Below, piece by piece: positions 1 to 8,577 of a DNA stretch of 34,526 nucleotides. The notes beneath the pieces were generated by a model that saw nothing but the letters and a program-made list of their open reading frames with translations, had not been told where the DNA came from and searched no databases. This DNA is from Candidatus Thorarchaeota archaeon (lineage in GTDB: Archaea > Asgardarchaeota > Thorarchaeia > Thorarchaeales > Thorarchaeaceae): positions 1 to 34,526 of the forward strand of contig JAEOTX010000248.1 in the NCBI GenBank assembly GCA_016839605.1, read 5' to 3'. A program made the translations under genes and the position numbers. The number at the start of each line of letters is the position of its first letter. Within the stretch, counting starts at the first letter, position 1.

Positions 1-258
1 AGAAAGGACGTTGGCACATGGACACCAACTGAGATGATGGCTATTGCCTACAGGACATTCTGCCAAGGAACAAAGGTCTGTGCAGAGATAGCTATGATGG
101 CTGCTGATGCGGGCCTGGTGAAGGTTGATGAGGATATTGTCTGTATCGCAGGCACGGGATTTGGAGCTGACACTGCATGGCTTGTCACTCCAGCAAACAC
201 CAACAGATTCCCAGAATTAAAGATGAAAGCATGTATCTGTAAACCGCTCAAGTTCTAG
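1..258 (+). CDS. Pyruvate kinase C-terminal (alpha/beta)-like domain protein, archaeal stand-alone family; 5'-truncated by the window edge
   Basis: Frame is open from base 1 ([14 protein letters not shown]...). The motif [21 protein letters not shown]...[11 protein letters not shown] is typical of stand-alone archaeal PK_C-like proteins. Confidence 0.75.
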   Translation, partial: RKDVGTWTPTEMMAIAYRTFCQGTKVCAEIAMMAADAGLVKVDEDIVCIAGTGFGADTAWLVTPANTNRFPELKMKACICKPLKF

Positions 259-1292
259 TCGAAAACGTCCTCAAACCGCTTGAGGTACTCCTTCTGTTCT
301 TTCGAGAGCTTCTTTGGAATCCCAATCGAAACTCTCACTAACTGATCGCCTAGGCGGCCCTCCTCAGTCTGGACACCCTTTCCTTTCATTCTGAGTACAC
401 TGCCGCCTTTAGTGCCCTTTTTGATCTTCATCTTGCTAGAGCCACGCATTGTTGGGACATCCATTTCTCCGCCTAAAACGGCAAGCGAGAAGGGAATCTC
501 CATTTCCATGTAGACATGTAATCCCCTTCTGACGAATACATCGTGAGGTTCGACAGCAAACATCAGAATGAGGTCCCCATGAGGACCACCTCTTCGTCCA
601 GCACTACCTCCGCCCTGGATTCTTATACCCTGGCCATCTTCGACGCCAGGAGGGACAGGAATTTTGATCTCTCGCCGGTCTTTTTGAAGTCCAGAGCCGC
701 GACATTCAGAGCATGGAGCATCGATAACCTCTCCTTGACCACCGCAAGAAGGACAAGTTTGAGAAACAGTCATGAATCCGCCCATAGAACGCATAACCTG
801 TCCTTGGCCTCTACATGTAGGACACGATCTAGGAGTAGATCCTGGTTTCGCTCCGCTGCCCTTACAAGTTTCACAGTGCATTTTTCTGTTGAATGCAATT
901 TCCTTCTCAACCCCGAAGAATGCCTCCTCGAATGTGAGTGGGATCGTCATCCTAAGAGTTTGTCCCGCAGGAGGACCTGCTCTGCCGCGTCTGCCCATCC
1001 CACCGCCAAAGCCAAAACCTCTGAAAAGGTCACCAAAGATATCGCCGAAGCCACCCATGTCGATTCCTTGAAAATCAGCAGTTCCATACCTGTCGTAGTT
1101 TGCTCTCTTTTCTTGATCGCTTAGGACTTCATAGGCTTCGTTGATACCTTTCAGGATATTCTCTGCTTCATCGTTTCCAGGATTACGATCAGGATGATAC
1201 TTTTTGGCTAATCTACGATATGCTTTCTTGATTTCCTCTTGAGTTGCGCTTCTGCCCACACCAAGGCGTTCGTAGAAGTCATCTGAGGCCAA
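255..1292 (-). CDS. dnaJ: Chaperone DnaJ (Hsp40, class A)
   Basis: J-domain with HPD, G/F-rich region, four CxxCxGxG repeats ([32 protein letters not shown]) and C-terminal domain; TTG start preceded by GGGTGG. Confidence 0.97.
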   Translation of the reverse strand: MASDDFYERLGVGRSATQEEIKKAYRRLAKKYHPDRNPGNDEAENILKGINEAYEVLSDQEKRANYDRYGTADFQGIDMGGFGDIFGDLFRGFGFGGGMGRRGRAGPPAGQTLRMTIPLTFEEAFFGVEKEIAFNRKMHCETCKGSGAKPGSTPRSCPTCRGQGQVMRSMGGFMTVSQTCPSCGGQGEVIDAPCSECRGSGLQKDRREIKIPVPPGVEDGQGIRIQGGGSAGRRGGPHGDLILMFAVEPHDVFVRRGLHVYMEMEIPFSLAVLGGEMDVPTMRGSSKMKIKKGTKGGSVLRMKGKGVQTEEGRLGDQLVRVSIGIPKKLSKEQKEYLKRFEDVFD

Positions 1293-1310
1293 GCAATACC
1301 ACCCATTGAT

Positions 1311-3167
1311 TTAATCGAGATCTTCGAAGTCCACATCGACGACGTCTTCATCATCATTGCTGGAATCAGAAGGCTCACCCTCTGGCTGCTGACTAAAAGC
1401 AGCTCCCATCTGGCTCGGATCAAATCCAGCACCTGGTCCTTGCTGCCCATAGACCTTCTCGGAAATCTTATGCACTGTCTGTTGCACATCCTCTGTACCA
1501 GACTTCATCTTATCATAATCCTCTGCTTCGATAGCTTTCTTGAGTTCAGCTGATTTAGATTCGAGTTCCTTCTTTAGATCATCCGGAACCTTATCTCCAA
1601 GGTCCTTCACCAGCTTCTCTCCCTGCCAGATAATCTGATCCGCTGCATTCAGTGTGTCCGCCTGAGACTTTCGTTTTGCATCCTCTTCAGCATATTCCTC
1701 AGCCTCCTTTACCATGCGGTCGACATCATTATCAGACAGATTTGTCGTAGCAGTAATTTCTATTGACTGCTCGTTGCCAGTTGCCAAGTCCTTTGCTGTG
1801 ACCTGTGCAATTCCATCGGCGTTGATATCAAAGGTCACCTCAATCTGGGGAACACCGCGTGGCGCTGGCGGAATGCCCACAAGCTGGAATCGACCAAGTG
1901 TCATGTTATCCTTCGACATAGGACGCTCACCTTGTGTGACATGAATATCAACTGCAGGCTGATTGTCTGCAGCAGTCGTAAACTTCTTGCTCTTTCGTGT
2001 AGGAATCGTAGTGTTCCGCTCTATGAGAGGAGTTGCGACTCCCGGGTATGTCTCAATACTCAGGGTGAGCGGAGTGACATCTAGCAAGAGAATGTCAGTC
2101 TCACCAGCGATGACTCCTGCTTGAGCTCCAGCTCCTAAAGCAACTACTTCGTCTGGATTGATGCTCTTGTCGCCCTCCTTTCCGAACATTGCTCGTACGG
2201 TCTCCTGAATCATAGGCATTCTCGTAGCTCCGCCTACAAGCAGAATCTTATTGATTTGCTCAGCTTCCATCTTTGAGTCTGTCAATGCCTGGCGAAGAGG
2301 GCCTAATGTGGCTTGGACGAGGTCATCGGTCATTTTCTCAAATTGAGACCTAGTTATCTCAATGTCAATGTGCTTTGGTCCAGTCTGATCAGCTGTGACA
2401 TATGGTAAGTTGATTGTCGTCTTCGTGACTGTGGAGAGCTCTATCTTTGCTTGCTCTGCGGCGTCTCTGATTCTCTGCATGGCTGACAAATCTTTTGTGA
2501 TATCCATTCCTGTGGACTTGTTGAAATCCTCTACGACCCAATCGATCACTCTCTTGTCCCAGTCATCCCCACCCAGCTGAGTGTTGCCACTCGTAGAGAG
2601 AACTTTGTAGACATCCTCTCCAATGTCCAGAATAGACACATCAAAAGTACCTCCTCCGAGATCGTAGACAAGTATCTTGAGCTCCTGTCCCTTATCCAGA
2701 TTATAGGCAAGTGCTGATGCAGTTGGCTCATTCACGATACGAAGAACTTCTAGGCCCGCAATCCTCCCTGCATCCTTAGTGGCTTGTCTCTGGCTGTCGT
2801 TGAAATAAGCTGGAACTGTAATCACAGCTTGCTGAATGGATTGACCGAGAAATGCCTCTGCGTCCTTCTTCATTTTTGTGAGAATCATGGCTGATATTTC
2901 TTGAGGAGAATAATCCTTGTCATCAATCGTGACCTTGTAGTCCTGTCCCATTTTCCGCTTGATTGACCTCACTGTACGTTCCGGCATTGATACTGCCTGA
3001 CGTTTGGCCAACTCGCCTACCACAATCTCACCCTTGGGTGTGATTCCCACAACAGAGGGAGTCAATCGGCCCCCTTCTGCATTTGGAATGATTGTGGGCT
3101 TTCCTCCTTCCATGTACGCAATTCCACTATTAGTAGTTCCAAGATCAATTCCAACGACTTTCGCCAT
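1311..3167 (-). CDS. dnaK: Chaperone DnaK (Hsp70), short Gram-positive/archaeal type
   Basis: [38 protein letters not shown] and DILLLDVTP motifs. Lacks the N-terminal-quadrant insert of Gram-negative DnaK. Start overlaps the grpE stop (TAATG). Confidence 0.99.
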   Translation of the reverse strand: MAKVVGIDLGTTNSGIAYMEGGKPTIIPNAEGGRLTPSVVGITPKGEIVVGELAKRQAVSMPERTVRSIKRKMGQDYKVTIDDKDYSPQEISAMILTKMKKDAEAFLGQSIQQAVITVPAYFNDSQRQATKDAGRIAGLEVLRIVNEPTASALAYNLDKGQELKILVYDLGGGTFDVSILDIGEDVYKVLSTSGNTQLGGDDWDKRVIDWVVEDFNKSTGMDITKDLSAMQRIRDAAEQAKIELSTVTKTTINLPYVTADQTGPKHIDIEITRSQFEKMTDDLVQATLGPLRQALTDSKMEAEQINKILLVGGATRMPMIQETVRAMFGKEGDKSINPDEVVALGAGAQAGVIAGETDILLLDVTPLTLSIETYPGVATPLIERNTTIPTRKSKKFTTAADNQPAVDIHVTQGERPMSKDNMTLGRFQLVGIPPAPRGVPQIEVTFDINADGIAQVTAKDLATGNEQSIEITATTNLSDNDVDRMVKEAEEYAEEDAKRKSQADTLNAADQIIWQGEKLVKDLGDKVPDDLKKELESKSAELKKAIEAEDYDKMKSGTEDVQQTVHKISEKVYGQQGPGAGFDPSQMGAAFSQQPEGEPSDSSNDDEDVVDVDFEDLD

Positions 3168-3790
3168 TATTCATCACCGTTAACTTTTGATTTCTCATCA
3201 ACTGCATCATCTTGACCCTCCAAATCTGGAGGAAGTTCATGCCGGTTCACAACCACCAGTGCTGGCCGCAATACCTTCTCTTTTAGCATGTATCCTTTTT
3301 GGAATACATCTACAACGATACCATCAGGTTTGTCTATGTCGTTCTCAGTCCCTACCGCATGTTGGTAGTAGGGATCAAAGGGTATTCCCAAGGAATCTTT
3401 GGGTTGGACACCCTCTCGTTCAAGTAGATTCTTGACTTGCTTTTCTATTGCACCCACACCTTTTTTCGCAGCTCCCGGATCCTTCGAGAAATCTACCTCG
3501 AGTGCTCGTTCAAGGTTATCATAGACTTCTAAGACTTTCAGGAGTATTCCTTCAGATGCAAATCGTGCAGCATCTGTGAAACGGCTCTCCATTCGCTTGC
3601 GATAATTATCAAATTCAGCCTGCAATCGCTGGAATCGGTCGAAGAGCTCTTTTGATTTTAGCTCCGCTACCTCAATATCATTTTCTTCAGACCAGGGGAC
3701 GAGTTCGAAGTCATCTTCCTCATCCTCAGTGGTCAAATCGACCTCAATTGATTCATCTTCTCGCTTGTCCTGCATTCTTCGCAGTTCCAC
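3167..3790 (-). CDS. grpE: Nucleotide exchange factor GrpE
   Basis: [21 protein letters not shown] and [18 protein letters not shown] motifs. The true start may be the ATG at 3775 (AGGTGG about 10 nt upstream) rather than the GTG at 3790. Confidence 0.96.
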   Translation of the reverse strand: MELRRMQDKREDESIEVDLTTEDEEDDFELVPWSEENDIEVAELKSKELFDRFQRLQAEFDNYRKRMESRFTDAARFASEGILLKVLEVYDNLERALEVDFSKDPGAAKKGVGAIEKQVKNLLEREGVQPKDSLGIPFDPYYQHAVGTENDIDKPDGIVVDVFQKGYMLKEKVLRPALVVVNRHELPPDLEGQDDAVDEKSKVNGDE

Positions 3791-3797
3791 CTATCAA

Positions 3798-3857
3798 TTG
3801 CTAGTTCTTCAAGGCAAACAGATGCTTGTGGGGTTAGAAACCTTGAGGGAATAGCAA
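3798..3857. promoter_or_regulatory. 17-bp imperfect inverted repeat (14/17) with 26-nt spacer, immediately upstream of grpE
   Basis: TTGCTAGTTCTTCAAGG (3798-3814) versus CCTTGAGGGAATAGCAA (3841-3857); function inferred only from position. Confidence 0.45.
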
Positions 3858-3890
3858 GAAATGTATATCCCTCACCCCGGCTGACGGCGA

Positions 3891-3943
3891 TTTTTAAGCT
3901 TATGAAGAAAAACCTTTCGAACTGACCGAAAACGCCTTTTAGG
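3891..3943. promoter_or_regulatory. Back-to-back divergent archaeal promoters (BRE/TATA-like) for grpE-dnaK-dnaJ and the sirtuin
   Basis: + strand CGAAAACGCCTTTTAGG (3927-3943) lies about 23 nt before the sirtuin ATG, suggesting a leaderless mRNA. The - strand reads CGAAAGGTTTTTCTTCATAAGCTTAAAAA. Confidence 0.4.
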
Positions 3944-3965
3944 CCAAGCGTTTGATGAAACTACT

Positions 3966-4712
3966 ATGGTAAGCCAAGAGGACCTCGCGCTAGCGGTGGA
4001 TATCATCAGGAAATCTAAACGTATTGTAGCACTCACTGGAGCAGGAATCAGTGTTGACTCAGGCATCCCCGATTTTCGGTCAGAAGGGGGACTTTGGGAA
4101 AGATATGATCCTCACGAATATGCAACCTATGATTCTTTCCTAATTAATCCAGAAAAGTTCTGGCAGATGGGGCAAGAACTTGCGGAGGTCATTCTAGAAG
4201 CTGAGCCTAATCCAGCCCATAAGGGGCTTGCGAAACTCGAAGAATCTGGCAAGCTTATTGGTATCATTACACAGAACATCGACAACTTGCACCAGTCAGC
4301 AGGAAGCAAGAAAGTCATAGAGATGCATGGCAATTATCTTAGAGCCTATTGCATGAACTGTGCAATGCAATACATTGGAGAGGACATTCATCGACGTGTA
4401 GTGGAGGGTGAGATTCCGCCAATATGTGACCAATGTGGTGGAGTCTTGAAGTCTGAAGCTATTCTATTTGGAGAGCCCCTTCCTGAGAAGCCTATGGAGG
4501 AGGCAGTAGAGATGTGCCGGTCTGCCGACCTGCTGCTAATCATTGGCTCGAGTTTGACTATATATCCGGTTGCATTCCTTCCGCAACTAGCCAAGGATGC
4601 AGGTGCAAAGATCATAATCGTCAATCTAACAGGAACAAATAGAAACAACATTGCCGATTTAGTCCTTCAAGGTAGGTCCTCTGATATTATTCCGAAGATT
4701 ACTAATCTCTAG
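3966..4712 (+). CDS. cobB: NAD-dependent protein deacylase (Sir2/sirtuin)
   Basis: GAGISVDSGIPDFR, TQNIDNLHQSAG, catalytic HG, Zn ligands CMNC/CDQC, FGE and GSSL motifs. Confidence 0.95.
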   Translation: MVSQEDLALAVDIIRKSKRIVALTGAGISVDSGIPDFRSEGGLWERYDPHEYATYDSFLINPEKFWQMGQELAEVILEAEPNPAHKGLAKLEESGKLIGIITQNIDNLHQSAGSKKVIEMHGNYLRAYCMNCAMQYIGEDIHRRVVEGEIPPICDQCGGVLKSEAILFGEPLPEKPMEEAVEMCRSADLLLIIGSSLTIYPVAFLPQLAKDAGAKIIIVNLTGTNRNNIADLVLQGRSSDIIPKITNL

Positions 4713-5047
4713 ACTGGTGGAAAAGCCAGATAGGAGTAGGCGCCAAGCAAGCCCGGCAGAATGATCACTGAGAGGAATATCACTATCATACCTAGAATGT
4801 GTTGGTTGCGATCCATTAGCCAGAGGCCAAGATACGAGTAACCATAGGCGATAACACATGCAGAAAAGCCTAACACGATTGTGGAGAGTAGTGGAATAGC
4901 TATAGCCAAAAAGCCACCCACGGTGGTCCAGAGGATACCAATATTGAGTATCACGAAAAATCCTCTGACTGCTAGATAGACGATTATTGCGACAAACAGA
5001 CCGATCTGTGAGAACGTCAGACGAGCAGAAAGGATAGGCGCATTCAT
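4709..5047 (-). CDS. Hypothetical integral membrane protein (about 3 TM helices)
   Basis: 112-aa strongly hydrophobic ORF filling the gap between cobB and citG; stop overlaps the cobB stop. Confidence 0.7.
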   Translation of the reverse strand: MNAPILSARLTFSQIGLFVAIIVYLAVRGFFVILNIGILWTTVGGFLAIAIPLLSTIVLGFSACVIAYGYSYLGLWLMDRNQHILGMIVIFLSVIILPGLLGAYSYLAFPPV

Positions 5048-5122
5048 TGTGATTCAGATTTCTAGCAAATTGACTGGCAAATAGCCTTTTCTCCTAGATG
5101 CGAATTCCTTAAACGAGGGTGC

Positions 5123-6115
5123 ATGTCCAGACAGCTCACTTTGAAAACGAACATTCCTTGGAAGATTGCGAGTTTAGGACAGTTGTCTATTCTATTGGAG
5201 GTCAGTTCTCCTAAGCCAGGAAATGTGAGTAGACTCCGAAGATTCTCAGACACGGGATATAGGCATTTTCTGGCCAGCGCTTCACTTGCATCAAGAGGCT
5301 TGCACATAGCAGCTTCAAGAGGGCAGGAGCTTGCGGAGGGACATATCAGTCCGGAGGATGTTAAGATCGGGAGTATTATTTACGAGTGTTCGAGGGATGT
5401 CTTTTCGGGCCTAAATCAGAGGAATACGATTTTCGGGACCGTTCTTCTCTATGTGCCACTCGTCATAGCAGCTGGTGCAAATATCGTTGGCTCGAAGAGG
5501 TTCGTGCCTAGTGATATGAGCCACTGGATCAAAAGAATCTTGGACAACACGACGAGCGAAGATACCGTAGACCTATACCGAGCTTTCCATCTGATACATC
5601 CCGGGGGACAATTGAATAAAGCAGATGCCACATGGACTGAGCTCCATGATAGGTTTGACATCGAAAATCCACGTGTGTTTGACAACATCAGAGAGGACAA
5701 CATGACGCTACACGAGCTATTCAAGATGTCAGCAGAGGTGGATCCAATTTCCCGAGAATGGTCCGAGTACTATCAAGATATTCTCGGCATGGTATTCCCA
5801 TATCTAGATGAAGTCGCAAAGAGTCTTGAAGACCTCGAAGAAGGCATTGTTAGGACATTCATTTGGCAGCTATCGCGATATCATGATGGCCTTATTCTGA
5901 AGAAAGCAGGTATGAAGCGAGCTGAAGAGGTTCGAACTCTCGCTGAAAAAATCGTTAGTAACGGAATGAATGGTAGAGAAACAGATGACCTGATGGATCA
6001 CCTTGACGATGAGCTGAGAAGAGAAGGGAATCTCCTAAATCCTGGTACAACAGCTGATTTCGTTTCAGCAGCAATTTTCTGCAAGCTTATTGCAATGGAA
6101 TATGGAACAACCTAG
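5123..6115 (+). CDS. citG: Triphosphoribosyl-dephospho-CoA synthase (CitG family), archaeal type
   Basis: LLEVSSPKPGNVSR, NTIFGTVLL and NPGTTADFVSAAIF are CitG-family motifs. Confidence 0.88.
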   Translation: MSRQLTLKTNIPWKIASLGQLSILLEVSSPKPGNVSRLRRFSDTGYRHFLASASLASRGLHIAASRGQELAEGHISPEDVKIGSIIYECSRDVFSGLNQRNTIFGTVLLYVPLVIAAGANIVGSKRFVPSDMSHWIKRILDNTTSEDTVDLYRAFHLIHPGGQLNKADATWTELHDRFDIENPRVFDNIREDNMTLHELFKMSAEVDPISREWSEYYQDILGMVFPYLDEVAKSLEDLEEGIVRTFIWQLSRYHDGLILKKAGMKRAEEVRTLAEKIVSNGMNGRETDDLMDHLDDELRREGNLLNPGTTADFVSAAIFCKLIAMEYGTT

Positions 6116-6297
6116 CCAAGAATTCCACTAAAGAGAATGGCAGCAAGAATAAACAGCAAAACCGCAGATGGCAGGGTCATTGCCTTGGCCTCTAGTCGTT
6201 TGACCTCACGCACCTCTTTGTTTGGGCCGAGCTGGTAGGAAATGATAAGGATAAGCCCCAAGATGACCAGCAAGGCTACAATTCCTTCGTGGGCCAT
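6112..6297 (-). CDS. Small hypothetical membrane protein (two-TM hairpin)
   Basis: Two hydrophobic segments joined by a charged loop; ATG start with a TTAATAG TATA-like element about 35 nt upstream. Confidence 0.65.
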   Translation of the reverse strand: MAHEGIVALLVILGLILIISYQLGPNKEVREVKRLEAKAMTLPSAVLLFILAAILFSGILG

Positions 6298-6406
6298 GTC
6301 AATCCATCCAAGTGGAAAATTCAGCGCCCACTATTAACTCTAATTGATGGTTCCTAATGACAGAGTATCTCGTCCTCATCAAATAGAGAGAAAGGGGGAC
6401 AGGGTC

Positions 6407-6673
6407 CTACATGAGAACCTGACGGAACACATGCTCGAATTTCATTCGGAGCTCTTTGGCTTTTTCCGCATTAGCCAGGTAGAGAGGCTGTCTCATATCC
6501 TGCAGATTCGGGATCTTTCTGCAGAGTTTTTGCCCCATCAGCTTACGCAGAGCAAAAGATACTGTCCTCGGCGCAAGATCGACTCGGGTGGAAATATCTT
6601 TAGGGGTCATTGGACCATCGTGAGTTAGTTTGTCTAAAACTATGATTGCACTTCTTGGTAACTCTAAGGACAT
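6407..6673 (-). CDS. Small winged-HTH transcriptional regulator (archaeal MarR-like)
   Basis: LPRSAIIVL...GPMTPKDI...LAPRTVSFALRKL...DMRQPLY matches small archaeal MarR-type wHTH proteins; SD GGTGGTGA. Confidence 0.85.
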   Translation of the reverse strand: MSLELPRSAIIVLDKLTHDGPMTPKDISTRVDLAPRTVSFALRKLMGQKLCRKIPNLQDMRQPLYLANAEKAKELRMKFEHVFRQVLM

Positions 6674-6906
6674 TGTTCACCACCAACCCTTTTGCGGGCT
6701 ATAGCCTTCCAAGACAATTATTCTCCGGCCGCAATATAAGAGAATAGGTCACAGCAGAGCGTTCCATTTTTGAGTAACTACTCCGCGACACTTCTAATCA
6801 GTTCTCACGAGATGACACTCATACTCATTGTGGTGGGAAAGTAGTATTCAAGTGGAGGATGCTCATAGCTGGAGTATCGCAGCAGCACGATACGGAGTAG
6901 CTCAAG

Positions 6907-7890
6907 TTGAAAGAGCGTGTATTCGTCACAAGAATGATACCAGATGAGGGCCTAAATCGGATAAGAGCAGAATTTGATGCAATTGTCTGGAATAAAGATG
7001 AACCACCATCAAAGGAAAAAATCATCAAGGGTGCTCAGGGCTGCGCAGGACTTGTTACACTCCTGTCAGATCCAATAGATGCCGAGCTTATGGACGCGCT
7101 GCCAGCTCTGAAGATTATCGCGCAATACGCCGTAGGTTATGACAACATCGACATCAAGAGCGCAACTGATAGAAGGATAGTTGTGACAAACACTCCGGGG
7201 ATTCTGACTGAAACAACTGCGGACCTAACATGGGCGCTTATTTTGTCAGCAAGTCGTCGCATTCCTGAGGCAGATAGATATGTGAGAGGGGGAGATTGGA
7301 AAGTGGCATGGGGACCAAAGACGCTACTGGGTAGAGATGCGTTTGGCTCAACTCTCGGAATCATAGGAATGGGTAGGATAGGCACTGCAGTTGCACACCG
7401 TGCGGTTGGTTTCTCCATGAGGATCCTCTACTATTCCAAGTCCAGAAAAGAGGAGATTGAAAAAGAGCTAAATGCAGAGAGAGCAAGCCTAGAAACGCTT
7501 CTCAGAGAGTCAGATATAGTTACCATCCATGTTCCCCTGACTGATGACACAAGGGGAATGATAGGAATTAATGAGCTAAGGATGATGAAACGCTCAGCTA
7601 TTCTGGTTAACACATCAAGAGGACCGGTCATTGATGAAGATGCTCTGATCCAGGCACTAGGGTCAGGATTAATTGCTGGAGCAGGCCTTGATGTTTTCAG
7701 AAAGGAACCAATTCCATCGGAAAGCGCATTGTTTGAACTAGAAAATGTTGTAATGTTGCCGCACATTGGGAGTGCAAGTGTGGATACACGTGCAAAGATG
7801 GCAGAGATGTGTGCCGCAAACTTGATTGCCACACTGCAAGGCAATACACCACCCAATATTGTCAATCCAGAGGTGAACGAGAATGAATGA
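6907..7890 (+). CDS. gyaR: Glyoxylate reductase / D-2-hydroxyacid dehydrogenase
   Basis: AVGYDNID, TNTPGILTETTAD, GIIGMGRIG, NTSRGPVIDE, LDVF..EP and PHIGSA motifs; TTG start with GGAG upstream. Confidence 0.92.
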   Translation: MKERVFVTRMIPDEGLNRIRAEFDAIVWNKDEPPSKEKIIKGAQGCAGLVTLLSDPIDAELMDALPALKIIAQYAVGYDNIDIKSATDRRIVVTNTPGILTETTADLTWALILSASRRIPEADRYVRGGDWKVAWGPKTLLGRDAFGSTLGIIGMGRIGTAVAHRAVGFSMRILYYSKSRKEEIEKELNAERASLETLLRESDIVTIHVPLTDDTRGMIGINELRMMKRSAILVNTSRGPVIDEDALIQALGSGLIAGAGLDVFRKEPIPSESALFELENVVMLPHIGSASVDTRAKMAEMCAANLIATLQGNTPPNIVNPEVNENE

Positions 7891-8413
7891 AAGTTGCTTG
7901 GATACAGTGAAGAGCAGGTGCTCGATAAGGAAGTTTGGAAATACGGATATCAGCGAGGAGAATGTTAATGCTATACTAGAGGTGGGATTCAGTGCTCCAT
8001 CCGCCGGTAACAGGCAGCCGTGGCGCGTCGTGGTAGTTAGAAACAAGAACACCAAGTCAGCTCTCGCAGAGGCTGCGCTTAACCAGAAGTTCCTTGCCCA
8101 AGCACCGGTTGTCTTGGTGGTATGTGCAGTTCCGGAGGAATCCGCACAGAGGTATGGAGAGAGAGGCAAGACACTCTACGTCCTCCAAGACACAGCAGCC
8201 TTAACACAGAACCTTCTTCTCGCTGCTCACATGAAAGGTTATGGTGCCTGTTGGATAGGAGCATTTGATGAAAGCCTTGCAGCAAAGGCAATAGATGTTC
8301 CTGAAGGTATGAGGCCTGTTGTGATTATTCCAATTGGGTTCATAGATGGACCTGTACCAGAGAGACGACACCGTAGACCATTGACAGAAGTAGTGGTTTC
8401 CGAGAGATTCTAG
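7883..8413 (+). CDS. Nitroreductase family (FMN) protein
   Basis: RCSIRKF, APSAGNRQPW and QNLLLAAHMKGYGACWIGAF motifs; overlaps the gyaR stop by 8 nt. Confidence 0.93.
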   Translation: MNESCLDTVKSRCSIRKFGNTDISEENVNAILEVGFSAPSAGNRQPWRVVVVRNKNTKSALAEAALNQKFLAQAPVVLVVCAVPEESAQRYGERGKTLYVLQDTAALTQNLLLAAHMKGYGACWIGAFDESLAAKAIDVPEGMRPVVIIPIGFIDGPVPERRHRRPLTEVVVSERF

Positions 8414-8521
8414 TTGTCGACTTATCTATCCTCTATTGGTGGTTAAGCATCATCCCGCCTAGATCAGAACGGCGAGGGCATAACGACATTGAATAGAAAA
8501 CTCTCTGGGTTGCAGATTACC

Positions 8522-8552
8522 AAAAAAAGGGGGTGTGGGGGCATAAGCCCCC
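8522..8552 (-). terminator. Hairpin plus U-tract terminator of the giant subtilase gene
   Basis: - strand reads GGGGGC-TTAT-GCCCCC-ACACCCCC-TTTTTTT, starting about 25 nt after the stop. Confidence 0.7.
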
Positions 8553-8577
8553 GTTAAGCTAAGTTGTATACCTTGGC

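Noticed and set aside
3915-3931. Palindrome TTTCG-N7-CGAAA as an operator
   Set aside because: More simply explained as two back-to-back BRE-like CGAAA elements of divergent promoters.
3791-3965. CIRCE element / HrcA control of dnaK
   Set aside because: No TTAGCACTC-N9-GAGTGCTAA match and no hrcA in the window.
6874-6893. GTATCG/CGATAC hairpin before gyaR
   Set aside because: Only 6 bp, does not cover the SD, and is expected by chance.
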